A DNA stretch of 63,342 nt, counting the filler, from Octopus bimaculoides (taxonomy: Eukaryota), in assembly GCF_001194135.2 (NCBI RefSeq). It is 8 parts of 8 records of this genome, joined end to end, with 100 filler letters (N's around TTAATTAATTAA, not from the genome) between each part and the next. Parts side by side here need not be neighbours in the genome. Positions count along the whole stretch, not along the records: positions 3,836 to 18,635 come from NC_068982.1; positions 18,736 to 35,255 come from NC_069004.1; 6 more parts are not named here. One strand, 5' to 3'. The position numbers and the translations under genes are program-made. This document shows positions 11,975 to 24,781 of this stretch, piece by piece (position 1 is the stretch's first letter; each line of letters starts with the position of its first letter). The notes beneath the pieces were generated by a model that was given only the letters and a program-made list of their open reading frames with translations, was not told where the DNA came from and searched no databases.

Positions 11975-13018
11975 TTGCCCTGGGCCCTGCTACAAAGGAT
12001 ATTTAGCACTCAATACAGGAAGGCCTCATCTCTCAGCAATCTGACAGGAAGAGGCTCCCTTTCAATTTACAAAGGTATCTTGACTTCTTAAACAACGTAA
12101 TGGATTCTCCTTTATAGTAAATAATTATAGATTTTGCCACTTTAGTGACACCAATTTATTCAATTAAAAAACAGTTTGCCACCCAGTCCCAAAAGCAGCT
12201 ACAATTTATCTTGGGAGTGTAGCTGCTTTTGGGAAAACTACAGAGAAAAAGAACATGAATGAACGAATGAGTGAATGAATGTATGTATGCATGCATACAT
12301 GCATGTGTGTGTGTAAGTAAGAATGTATATAGAGATTGATAGAAGTTACTGTCTCTAGGTCAAATTTCTTGTTTCAATGCATGACTGAGCAATGATCTTC
12401 GCTTGACCACTTGCAGTTAAAGGCACACACACACATATTGCTAAACTTAATTATTTCAGTGAGGCATTGAAAAATTTGGTCAACATATAAGTTACTAATA
12501 TGTTCCAAAATTAAAATTTTGAATTTAGTTTTAATTATAAATTACATCTCTCAACAGTTAAAAGCATTTTGGGGAGGTTTTAGAATTATTGCATAATGTT
12601 CAAATGTTTTACATTAAATTGATTTTCAGTTATATTGTGAATCACATTAGTTATTCAAACTTGCATGTTATCTATAGGACAAGGTTTAATTGAATAAATA
12701 GTAATCATTAACATATCCCCATAGAATAAATTATTAAAATGATTATTAAAATGGTTATTAAATTTTAAAAAATTAAACAATCAAATTCTTTGATAGATGA
12801 TGTCAAAATAGATGTATCAGGCTCTTAAGTATTCTTTACAAATTATTTCAATCATTTTATAGACACTAGGCTTTAAAAATTAAAAAAAAAACTTTAAATT
12901 TAAATTTGATCAAGGATTTTATAATGACTCTATATAAGAAATAAATTTGAAATATATTTTTAAAAACCTCTTTAAAAAATCAAACAAAATTTTGAGTAAA
13001 TAGAAATAAATGTTTTAC

Positions 13019-13077
13019 CCAGGTATATGACATTTAGGTGCTTTTGAATATAAATTTTCATTATTTCTAATGACCAT
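13019..13077 (-). CDS. FAM166B: FAM166/CIMIP2-family ciliary microtubule inner protein, coding exon 1 (MVIRNNENLYSKAPKCHIPG)
   Basis: ATG at 13077 with an in-frame upstream TAA; donor GG|GTAAAA, phase 2; HIPG joins YTGFCP of the next exon. Family recognised from its repeats; the paralogue (A/B/C) assignment is uncertain. Confidence 0.85.
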
Positions 13078-13659
13078 TTTTACGAAATTTTATTTTGTTC
13101 GAAATTCCACCTTTGCAGATAGATACTTCAATGAAAATGTATCAAAGCTGCTCATTCATGACATCATCAAATGATTTTGACAGCTGATGAAGTCATAAAT
13201 AACTTTTTGTGCTCTGCAGAAGTATTTATAACTCAAAATCAATGCTGGTTCAGCAGTAAAAGTAATTAATATATAAAAAAAGGTAAAAAATAAAGATTAA
13301 AAACATAATTATTTTAAAACAATACACGGTAAGTTTAATAAACAAGTAAAAAGTGTATTAGAATCATTGAATATATAGACCGACAATGGAAACAGACTAA
13401 GTACAATCCATTTCAGAGAATAGGAGAGTAAGTAGGAATTGGTTGACAATTATAACCTCCATCTCCTATACATTTGTTTATTCAACACTAAATGGGATAG
13501 GATGCACAACTCAACCAGACATTGTATGAGTGTGCATGTGATATAATTTATGTGTGTGTGTGTGTGTATACATCAAATATAAAGACCACTGATATGCAGG
13601 AAACCGATTTCCCCAAATAACCTGGTGGCTCTCTGGAAGCTGTAGATAACTTTTGTCAC

Positions 13660-14175
13660 TGAGGTGACCTAATTAGCAATGGAAGAGGTTGTACAGAGGA
13701 TGTAATTGCTAGAATTATAGTAGATTGGAGAAAATTCAGAGAGCTTTTACCTCTGTCGGCAATCAAAGGTTTCTCTCTCTCCAAGTAAAAAAAAACATTG
13801 CATGATACATGCATACAAATTGTGATGCTGCCTGACAGTGAGATATGGGCCCTGAATGCAGAGGTTATATGAAGGCTGGAAAGGAACAAAGCTGGTATAC
13901 TCCACTGGATGGGCAATGTTAGTGTGCATGTGTGACAGAGCAATAATGTATTAAGAGAGAAGTTGGGCATAAGAGGAATAATATGCAGTGAGCAACAGAT
14001 AAGACTGCATTGGTTTGGCCATGTGATACAGATGGATGAGGAAGTGCTGATCACTTATAGTGGAAGGAAGTTTTAGAAGAGGGAGACCCAGAAAGACATG
14101 GGATGAAGTGTTAATGGTTGATCTCAAAACACTGAGTCTTACAAAGATGACAAAGGACCATATGTAGTGCATTTC
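13660..14175 (+). mobile_element. RTE LINE 3' ORF fragment
   Basis: WRKFRELLPL, SEIWAL, RLHWFGHVIQMDE, RRGRPRKTWDEV. Confidence 0.85.
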
Positions 14176-14179
14176 TGTA

Positions 14180-14430
14180 TCCTTGTGAGTGGATTTCGTA
14201 GACAGAAACTGAAAGAAATCAATTGTATATATATGTAAGTGTTTGTGTGTGTCTTTGTGCCTGTGTTTCTCCCTTATCACTGCTTGACAACTGCTGTTGG
14301 TTTATTACATCCCCATAACTTACTGGTTTGACAAGAAGAGACTGATAGAATAAGTACCAGGCTTATCAAAATTAAAAAAAAAAAGCACTGGGGTTGATTC
14401 ATTCGACAAAAAATTCTTCAGGGCAGTGTC
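14180..14430 (+). mobile_element. SINE 3' two-thirds, CpG-decayed
   Basis: Homologous to the 11341-11745 family, with CG->TG/CA changes at most CpG positions. Confidence 0.8.
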
Positions 14431-14664
14431 TCAAAATTTTGTTTGCCCACTCAATTGTATCCATCAATCTATATATATATATATAGTACACACACACACA
14501 CACACACACATACATACATGTATGTATATGTGCATATATATATCTATTATATAAAAGTCAATGTCTTTATGTGTGTTACTTATAGACTCAAAAACTACTG
14601 CACCAATTTGGAACACAAAATCCAAGCCTAAGGAGAAGGGTAATGCTGTATGTTTCATACAATT

Positions 14665-15170
14665 TCATGGACCAAAATTACGGAATGGATCCTTATGATA
14701 TTTGGATCTTAGATTCAATGCATAAGGGCGGGTATAATGTAGCATGTTTGATTTGAATTTGAGGTGGTTTAAAGGGGGCAAAACGCCCATGAAAATTCAT
14801 AAATTTCTGATGTTAATGAAATTTCAACCATAGGTAATTAACACACATCATGAAGTATTCCCGAAGTTTCTGCTTCTCATGAAGATTCTAAGACCTCGTA
14901 ATTTTTTATGATCCAAAACTAAGTCAAAAGTACTGAATGGATCTTTATGAAATTTGGAAATTATATTCTATGCATAAGGACAGATGTAATGCAGAATATG
15001 TTTGAAAGTGAGGGGGCATAAATGAGGTCAAAACCCCCATGAAAATTCATATATTTTTGCTCTTGATGAAATTTTAACCATAGATATTAGACACAAATGA
15101 AGTAATATTCCTTAAATTTCAACTTCTCACGAGTTAGTAAAACCCCTTAATGGGGGCTTAATTCCCACAA
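14665..15170. repeat. Diverged ~250-bp tandem duplication (Helentron/HINE-like internal repeats)
   Basis: GAATGGATCYTTATGAWATTTGGA...CCCATGAAAATTCATA...ATGAAATTTYAACCATAG occurs twice; the class is inferred. Confidence 0.55.
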
Positions 15171-16199
15171 TTTAGTCATTTTTCCTAAGCCAAGACGAAT
15201 ACAATTGTAGTCTTGGAAGCTGTAGAGTCACCCGAGCATACAAGATGAATGTTATTTGTAATTCAATGGTATAACAGTGTAAAAGTTTGCTCTGAGATAT
15301 ACTTAGATTGTGATTTCTGCAATGAGGTGCATAAATTGTCAAGTAAAGGAGAGCCATCTTTGCCTCCACTGATTCAGTTGCAAAGTGTTATTTTGAGTAA
15401 AATTATTTGGTTGCAGACCTCCTTTGAGTCTTTTTATTATCACTGGGTCAGAGATAGTCCCCAGATAGCAACATTGATTTCAAGGCCTTCCCAGTTAAGT
15501 GATTGGTCATTCAAAGAGATTTATAGATTGCAAATTTATTCTGTCCAGTTACCTATTGGCATAGTGATCATTAGCAAACTCCAGATGTGACACTTTCATT
15601 TCCCCTTAGCCCACGTCACACAGTTGTCAATGTTTATTTGAGTTAGGTCATGCCCTTTCAATTGCTATAGATCTGTAATGCATCTTACGGCTGTGCCTGT
15701 CACCTGTATGGTGAGGAACCCTACATTGGGGAGTAGTAACGACTAGGGTAGGGTGGCTGACTGCTTATTGTGATTATTCGTCTTTTGGTTTCCTGTAACT
15801 TTTCTCTCTTTTACAAACCCAGTGAACATTCACATATTTCCGATTTGAAAGAAATTTGAACAATAGATATAAGACCCATGTTAAAAAAGATTCCCAACAA
15901 TTCGACTTCTCTGGTTGACTTTAAGACCCCCCCCCCCGCCAAATAGGGGCCTTAACTCCCACATTTTAGAGCTCCATGTGCTCCATTTTTCAAGAGCAAA
16001 AGCCTTTGAATAGGTTTCANNNNNNNNNNNNNNNNNNNNNNNNNNNNNNNNNNNNNNNNNNNNNNNNNNNNNNNNNNNNNNNNNNNNNNNNNNNNNNNNN
16101 NNNNNNNNNNNNNNNNNNNNNNNNNNNNNNNNNNNNNNNNNNNNNNNNNNNNNNNNNNNNNNNNNNNNNNNNNNNNNNNNNNNNNNNNNNNNNNNNNNN

Positions 16200-16240
<41 letters not shown>

Positions 16241-16605
16241 GTATATATATACACACACACATGCATATATATATATCTATGTATTAAGTATTGAGAGATG
16301 GACAAATGAAACATCATTTCATGTCTGTATGAGGAGTTTGGGTATAGCTTTGAATGGATTATCCCATTTATATCTGTTTTAATTACTTATGTAATAAGCA
16401 ATTTAGTTAACAAAGAGAGATCTGCTCCAATAAATTATATCTGTATACAGAGAACCCCACCGTGTATATACAGCAGTCCCTTGGTATTACATGGGGGTTA
16501 CGTTTCTAGAGCACCTGCGAATAGTAAAAAAACTGCAAATATGGACGTGGTCCATAAAGATGCCTATAAATGTCAAAATATAACGTAAAATATTAATATA
16601 TATAC

Positions 16606-16638
<33 letters not shown>

Positions 16639-17092
16639 CATACATTAATAAAAAGGAAATGAGAGAGAGAGTGAGAGAATAAGTAATAGAGCAACGAACT
16701 AAGTTGAAATAATGGTGTGAGGAATCAGCTGTAGGAGATGAACGAGAAAGCAGTGTGATGTACCAGGTGAATGAAGAAAAGTGTTAAAATTTGAATAAGC
16801 AAAGTAAAAGGAGTTATTGTTTCAAACAAAACAAAAATGTGAGCAGTTCAAGAAGAGTGACAACAGAGAACAGAGTAGCCTGTCAGTTTGGCTCATTTGG
16901 AGTTGGCCTTAAAATCAGATGTTATTCAGAGTTATCTACCCTCCAGGTTTTCATTCAAGGAAATCTGTATAGTCTAGTACATGTGTTTCTTAACAAAACA
17001 TGAAACTAATCACTTCGTGAAAGCTATATAACATTCTAATAGATATTATAACTTTTATAAGAGCGAAAAGAGGCAGAAAGAGAAGTGACGAA

Positions 17093-17449
17093 ATGGAAGA
17101 CGTGGAATTAATTGCTGGGAACATTTCTACACCGAAACACGAGGAAAATGTTATTGATTTAATTCAGGACTCCAAAGATGTCTCCAACCAATATACTGAA
17201 ATTATACAAGACAGTAATAGTCAAACGAACTGTTCTATGCCATTGTTCGTCTTGGATCGTGCAGGAGATAAGAAGATTTTGAAAAAATTTAGTCATAAAA
17301 AGAAAAATGCATTAAATGCGTTGCATGAACCAGAAACCAAGCTAGAAACACTTGCAGAAACATCCGTAGAAACATCTGTAAAAACGCCTGTGTTAAATCA
17401 AAAACCAAAAACTATCGAAACCAAAAAAGAAGAACGCAAAAAGAACAAG
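17093..17449 (+). CDS. Probable first coding exon of an unidentified K/E-rich protein (MEDVELIAGN...LFVLDRAGDKK...KKEERKKN)
   Basis: 119 open codons in non-repeat sequence ending at a consensus donor AA|GTGAGT (phase 2); locally CpG-retaining; the rest of the gene is not found and may be lost at the 18636 scaffold join. Confidence 0.65.
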
Positions 17450-17769
17450 TGAGTACTATGTAATTTTCTACTTGTATCAAGGTTTGTTATGAAGTCACTC
17501 ATCATTAAATTTCGGTATCAGTAGATGATGAAGACCTTATAAAGCTGGAAAAAGTTCATGAAAGCTATAACTAGCATCTATCACTTATCGTTTGTGCATT
17601 TGTATTTATACATAAGAAATGTTGAATTGAATGATTAAATTTTAATTATTTACAATTTTATCATGGGTAAACCCATTTATAGTGTTTTGTGTTGAACACA
17701 TTCCATTTAATCCATACCCAGTCGTCTTGGCATAATTACAGATTTCTGGGTCAAACTAAAGCGTGCCCC

Positions 17770-18160
17770 CTCCCGAATTTGGATGATCATAACTTTCAGA
17801 AAGATGGATATTTTTTAATGAAATTTTCTACGAATATGTGTTATATTATGTAGATTCGGAATATACAAAATTTTTTTGGGAAAGTGTTTTAGGTAGGGTG
17901 TGGAATTTCGGAAAATTCACAGGAGTCCACTTCAATTCATCTTAACTTTCTAGAAAATGGATATTTTTAATGAAATTCTCTACAAATATACCTTGGACTA
18001 TGTAGATTTCGAGGACATAGGAATTTTGGGGGAAATCAATCGGGAGTTATTTTTAAGAACCGTTCCCCACTCGGAGGTGTTTCGGAACAAGTCCATATTT
18101 ATTTCATTTTCCGTTTTTGTGCGTTTGTGCATCCGTAGATTTCTACACACACACACACAC
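17770..18160. repeat. Diverged ~155-bp tandem repeat element ending in (CA)n (HINE-like)
   Basis: TAACTTTC..AAAxATGGATATTTTTAATGAAATTxTCTAC...TATGTAGATT occurs twice. Confidence 0.5.
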
Positions 18161-19377
18161 ATGTAATTAAAAAAGTTCAAACGGGGAATTATTTATGTTT
18201 ATTATAGAGATTATGAAACAAATTATACTTTACGCTTCTATATTTAACTGTCCGTGTATATTCCTTATTTTTGCTTCTGGTGTCTTCTGCCTTTCTATTA
18301 GAAGCGTTTCCTGGGAATTTACTTAATATGGCAAAAAATCGTATGCAACAGATAAGTCGTCTTAATAGCATATTTCTGTGTACCAGACCTTTAGCTGTTA
18401 TTTTTAGCATAACAAGTTTTCTGGTGAGGGCTTCATTTGACGGTAGGACTGGACGACAGTCACCCCACCACAAAAACCGAGCTTTCGAAAAATTTTTTTT
18501 TTCTCAGCGGATTCTTAGGTTTTCGATGACGGAGATACCCCACAATTTTTTAATTTTTAACTTTTTTCGAATTTTTTTTTTCAGTTTACGTGGGAAAATA
18601 CGGAGATTAACAATATGGCAAACAAAAAATGGAAANNNNNNNNNNNNNNNNNNNNNNNNNNNNNNNNNNNNNNNNNNNNTTAATTAATTAANNNNNNNNN
18701 NNNNNNNNNNNNNNNNNNNNNNNNNNNNNNNNNNNTATATATATATATATATATATATATGTCCTTATCCTTTCTACTTATTTTCTATAAAATCCATCGA
18801 TACATCCACACATCTATGCAAATATCCACCTAGATCATGGAAGTGCACCGACATGAACGCTAATGCCAGAGGCGCGAGCAACAGCAACTTCAACAACAAT
18901 AGCTGTCGTAGTGTACATTAAATCATGCGTGATATAAACATTTTAAACGAAATCTACGATGCGGCAAATGAAGTTTTCACAATAAACGCCCACACTCTTT
19001 CGAACTACTTACGTACACACATAGAACCGCACACTTGCTTTCACAGACATCACACACTGTTATATACATACATACATACATACATACATACATACATACA
19101 TACATACATACATACATAAATACTTATATACATACATGCATACGTGCATATATTAGACGTATGACTGACTTCCGCATATTTTCTGTCAGTCAAATCTTCT
19201 CATAAAGCATTCGTCGGTAACAGTAGAAGTAATTGTTGCATGGTACTGCGCAGTGGGACAAGGGAAACCATAATCAAGATGTGGAGGAGGCGGGGGTACT
19301 TCAATAACAGCCATATATATATATATATATATATATATTATACACATAAATACTTACATAAATATACATACGTACGT

Positions 19378-19590
19378 ACATATCGTGGTTGACCTATCGC
19401 GGTTTGTTATTTAAGCCTATGTCGATTGCTCCGTGGTATTGTTTTGCCTTTATGATAAAAGAAACAGATTCAAATGGTAAAAATTAACAAGAAATATACA
19501 GTAGAGTACTGTCTCTACTTCGTGGATTTTAACCTATCGCGGTGAGGCTTGGGAACGTAACACTCGCAATAGTCAGTCGAGGGATTACTC
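19378..19590 (-). mobile_element. pogo/Tc1-type MITE, same family as 42696-42884
   Basis: Reverse-complement match to the 42696 element, including the end GTCGAGGGATTACT; the other end is truncated. Confidence 0.75.
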
Positions 19591-20138
19591 TACATGCATA
19601 TATATATATATATATANNNNNNNNNNNNNNNNNNNNNNNNNNNNNNNNNNNNNNNNNNNNNNNNNNNNNNNNNNNNNNNNNNNNNNNNNNNNNNNNNNNN
19701 NNNNNNNNNNNNNNNNNNNNNNNNNNNNNNNNNNNNNNNNNNNNNNNNNNNNNNNNNNNNNNNNNNNNNNNNNNNNNNNNNNNNNNNNNNNNNNNNNNNN
19801 NNNNNNNNNNNNNNNNNNNNNNNNNNNNNNNNNNNNNNNNNNNNNNNNNNNNNNNNNNNNNNNNNNNNNNNNNNNNNNNNNNNNNNNNNNNNNNNNNNNN
19901 NNNNNNNNNNNNNNNNNNNNNNNNNNNNNNNNNNNNNNNNNNNNNNNNNNNNNNNNNNNNNNNNNNNNNNNNNNNNNNNNNNNNNNNNNNNNNNNNNNNN
20001 NNNNNNNNNNNNNNNNNNNNNNNNNNNNNNNNNNNNNNNNNNNNNNNNNNNNNNNNNNNNNNNNNNNNNNNNNNNNNNNNNNNNNNNNNNNNNNNNNNNN
20101 NNNNNNNNNNNNNNNNNNNNNNNNNNNNNNNNNNNNNN

Positions 20139-20167
<29 letters not shown>

Positions 20168-20169
<2 letters not shown>

Positions 20170-20365
20170 GAGAATATACAAAAAATAACAACAGACGAGG
20201 ACAGGTGGTGTAAATAACAAAAGTATATATTAGTATGACGCTCGGGAATACGGAAAGTCTTTGACGTTTCGATCTACGCTCTTCAACAGAAAGAATACGG
20301 AGACAAGGAGAAAAACACGGAGAAAAAAAATTGAATAGTGTTCAGTCAACGGTCAACACAGCTAT
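20168..20365 (-). mobile_element. Short hammerhead-carrying retroelement end (Penelope pLTR-like) abutting (TA)n
   Basis: Unique-looking island carrying the minimal hammerhead and ending in a (TA)n tract; the Penelope origin is inferred. Confidence 0.45.
20258..20294 (-). ncRNA. Minimal type I hammerhead-like motif with a variant core
   Basis: ucuuu-CUGUUGA-a-gagc(gua)gauc-GAAA-c-GUC|-aaaga: 5-bp stem I, stem II with one mismatch, ultra-short palindromic ACGU stem III; U instead of A at core position 6. Confidence 0.55.
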
Positions 20366-20920
20366 GTCTGTCAGAGTGCACAATAGTGTGTGTCCATGCA
20401 AGTGCGTCCATTTGTGTGTGTGAGCGCGTGCTTGTGTGTATGTGTGTCTTCATGCCTTTGTGAATATGTCTGTGGGTTTGTTTATATAACTTCGCTGCTT
20501 TGGTTAGCAAATACTGCTGACGTATCTCCTACACTCGTCGAACCTGTTTCTAAAATCAAGGTATATATATGCGCGTGAATATATTTATCTACGAGTGTTA
20601 TTTCTATTTACTTATAAGTAAGTGTAAGCACGTACAGCCACACTTGCATGCATACATGTGTGTGTGTGTGTGTGTGTATGTGTGTGCGTGTATCATTATG
20701 TATGTGTCTTTTTTTTATGGCTGTGGATATGTTTGATATTATGATTATGTCTCTATACAGCGGCACGCGTCCGTGAAATATGGGTCAATGCACTTATGAT
20801 TTCAAGTGTATTCAAACATTAGTTTTAAATATGGTTTCGATTGCTAGATTATATACACTCACACAAATATATGATTATTTATATATCTCTATCTATCTAT
20901 CTATCTACCTATCGACTCAC

Positions 20921-21006
<86 letters not shown>

Positions 21007-21778
21007 TGGTGGTGGTGGTGGTGTAAAAATGTCGTTTACGATAGGTGACTAAAAGTAATATTATAATGTTAAATTTTTGCAATGCAGATACGTGAATGAA
21101 AATATAGTTTAGTTGGTAGCCGAAAGCTTACTGAATCTATTGATATGCCAAACGTCAAAATCGGCAAGTCGGTTTTGGAATGCATAAGGAACATAAGCAT
21201 ACACACACACACACACACACATACATACAAACTCACTTTAATAGATATAGATATACATCCAAACGCAGTCATACCGTCACACACACACAGATTTGTATAC
21301 ATACAAATATATACACACACTTGCACAAAAACAGCGCAGAATATCTTAATACAAACTTATTTTTCATATACACAAAATTGTGACAACCCTCTCTCTATAT
21401 ATATAATACCGTTAGCAAAATATCACATTTCATGCCCTTTCTACAATATAACGTGGGTAAATAGAGGAGAGGGATGGAAGAGCAATCGATGTGTTTCCAA
21501 TACGATGACTACAGAACAAATACTTGACAATAAAGCCTTAGGTAATAACAGCAAAATTCGATCGTGCAGACCTTTGAACTTTGAAGCAAAGCATTAGGCC
21601 AACTCTGATATGGAGGAGTACAACCAATGTTAGATGTCACCAACCTCCAAACGTATAGCAGCGAAGCATTTCATCGAAAATATTTACACGTACGACTGCG
21701 AAGATAGGAAATACGAAAATGTTTTCAAAATTACATTTACACCTAAATGTGTGTCCGTGTATATGTATGTGTGAGTGT

Positions 21779-21865
<87 letters not shown>

Positions 21866-22132
21866 CGGTAGCGAGATAAATAGAGAGAGGGAGGGAGAGA
21901 TGGGTGTGTGGATGGTTAGAGAGCGAATGACAAACAGATGAAGACCGTTTGGTAAACAGATAACTAGAGATGAATAGCTAGATACAAAAACAGATGGATA
22001 TATAGATAGATATATAGATAGATAGATACCAAGAAAATTAGACATATTCATCGATATATAGCTAAAACGATAAAAAGTTATATAGATTAACAGTTATATA
22101 CATAGGTATTTAAAGTGATAAAAGAAACAGAC

Positions 22133-22174
<42 letters not shown>

Positions 22175-22277
22175 GAACGAATGGATTAAGGGGTGCACAG
22201 AACGAAAGACTGATAAACAGATACATACACGTACATATATTTATACACACATATATACACATATATTTATATATATA

Positions 22278-22317
<40 letters not shown>

Positions 22318-22783
22318 CATACATATATATATATNNNNNNNNNNNNNNNNNNNNNNNNNNNNNNNNNNNNNNNNNNNNNNNNNNNNNNNNNNNNNNNNNN
22401 NNNNNNNNNNNNNNNNNNNNNNNNNNNNNNNNNNNNNNNNNNNNNNNNNNNNNNNNNNNNNNNNNNNNNNNNNNNNNNNNNNNNNNNNNNNNNNNNNNNN
22501 NNNNNNNNNNNNNNNNNNNNNNNNNNNNNNNNNNNNNNNNNNNNNNNNNNNNNNNNNNNNNNNNNNNNNNNNNNNNNNNNNNNNNNNNNNNNNNNNNNNN
22601 NNNNNNNNNNNNNNNNNNNNNNNNNNNNNNNNNNNNNNNNNNNNNNNNNNNNNNNNNNNNNNNNNNNNNNNNNNNNNNNNNNNNNNNNNNNNNNNNNNNN
22701 NNNNNNNNNNNNNNNNNNNNNNNNNNNNNNNNNNNNNNNNNNNNNNNNNNNNNNNNNNNNNNNNNNNNNNNNNNNNNNNNNNN

Positions 22784-22814
<31 letters not shown>

Positions 22815-23326
22815 ATGTATATATACAGCCTGTCCTAAAAGTCATTGATGGATTTCAATTTTTAATAACTTCCTTAATTTTACAAATAAATGCATGACGT
22901 TTAGAGCATAGCTCTTCGTGTGGAAAGGTGAAAGGGAAAAGTTCAAAAATGGAAAAGAAATTGTTGACAGTACGAGTAATGACGTTGTTAAAGCACACAT
23001 ATATGCTCCACTGGAGTTAATTTCTCTTCGGAAATCAAAGAGCAAGAGGTTACCTACAGACAACTAGTTTGAAACCTCCACCTTCTACACTTAGATTAGA
23101 AATTTATATTGATATCATTAATAATCTTTGCACCTGCCCAACTAGAATTTACTTAATTATTTATAAAATCACATAGCAAATCACTTTAATTGATACCTCA
23201 ATGACAATTTCCTAACAATTATTCATACTTTCATAAAAGATTTATTTCAAACACAGAATATCAAGTTAACTAGAAAATCCCAATATTTCCAATAGTAGCT
23301 AAGCACAAACCGTTATACAGCATATT

Positions 23327-23745
23327 CTTTTCTACTCTAGGCACAAGGCCCGAAATTTTTGCAGTGGGGATCAGTCGAATAGATGGTCCGAGTACACAAC
23401 TTAATTTATCGACCTCGAAATGATGAAAGGCAAAGTCGACCCCAGCGGAATTTGAACTCAGAACGTAAAGACAGACGAAATCCCGGTAAGCATTTCGCCC
23501 GGAGAGCTAACGTTTCTTATTTCTTTATTGCTCACAACGAGTTAAACATAGAGGGGACAAACAAGGACAGACAAAGGGATTCAGTCGATTACATTGACCC
23601 CAGTGCGTATCTGGTACTTAATTTATCGACCCGAAAGGATAAAAGACAAAGTCGACCTCGGCGGAATTTGAACTCAGAACGTAGCGGCAGACGAAATACC
23701 GCTAAACATTTCGCTCGGCGTTCTAACAATTCTGCCAGCTACCTA
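23327..23745 (-). mobile_element. Two tandem copies of a second octopus SINE family (GCCTTTCATCC..GGGTCGATAAA core)
   Basis: The block AAAGGCAAAGTCGAC..CGGAATTTGAACTCAGAACGTA occurs twice; a degraded third copy follows to about 23940. Confidence 0.85.
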
Positions 23746-24572
23746 AATAATGATTATAATAATCATGACAATTTTAAGGGAGGAATGAATCGATTAAATC
23801 GACCCCAGTACTTGACTGATACTTATTTCATGGGGCCACATAGGATGAAAGGCAAATTCGACTTCGGGAGAACTTGATAAATGGAAGAAATCATTTATTT
23901 TTGTCTACCAACCATTCAACCAAAATTCCGCTAATTCACCGGCCTTTCACCAAACAACAACAATAATGTTAACAATATTAATGAAAATAATAATGATAAT
24001 GATAATGGAAACACATTCTTTTGTGAGGCGGGATGAAGCCCTAAGCAAGTGCTTTTGTTATGTTTTAAGACGCAATTAGAAAGTATAGAGATTATTTCTC
24101 CCTTATCGTTGCTAGATAGAGCCGGCAGTTGTTAGGGTGCTTTCCCTTTTTATTTCGAAGACTTAGCAATGCAATGCATTGAAATGAAGTACAATGCGCT
24201 GAACTGCAAAGCATTGCACCGAAAAAACACCGCCATATTTTCATTGTGCATCAAAACACAGAGAGGTATGCAAACAATTATATATACACAGGAAGTGAGA
24301 GGAAGACAGAGGAAGAGAGAGAGAGAGGGAGAAACAGAGAGAGAGAGAGATTCTTATGCATTAAACACGCGAGTTGATATATATGTGTCTGTGTGTGTGT
24401 GCATGTGTGTGTGTATGTATGTATTTATGCACGCATATATGTATATACGTGAGTTTATTTGTGTGTGTATCTTCTTTTGTTCTCTTCCCACATGCGAAAT
24501 GCTTTACATGCATGCAATAGCTTTTCAAACGAAGCTCTTATGGATGTATACATATATGTGTGCATATATATA

Positions 24573-24613
<41 letters not shown>

Positions 24614-24682
24614 GTACATATATAGATGTATATACAAACATACATATATATATATACATATATATATATCATTCATACATAT

Positions 24683-24781
<99 letters not shown>

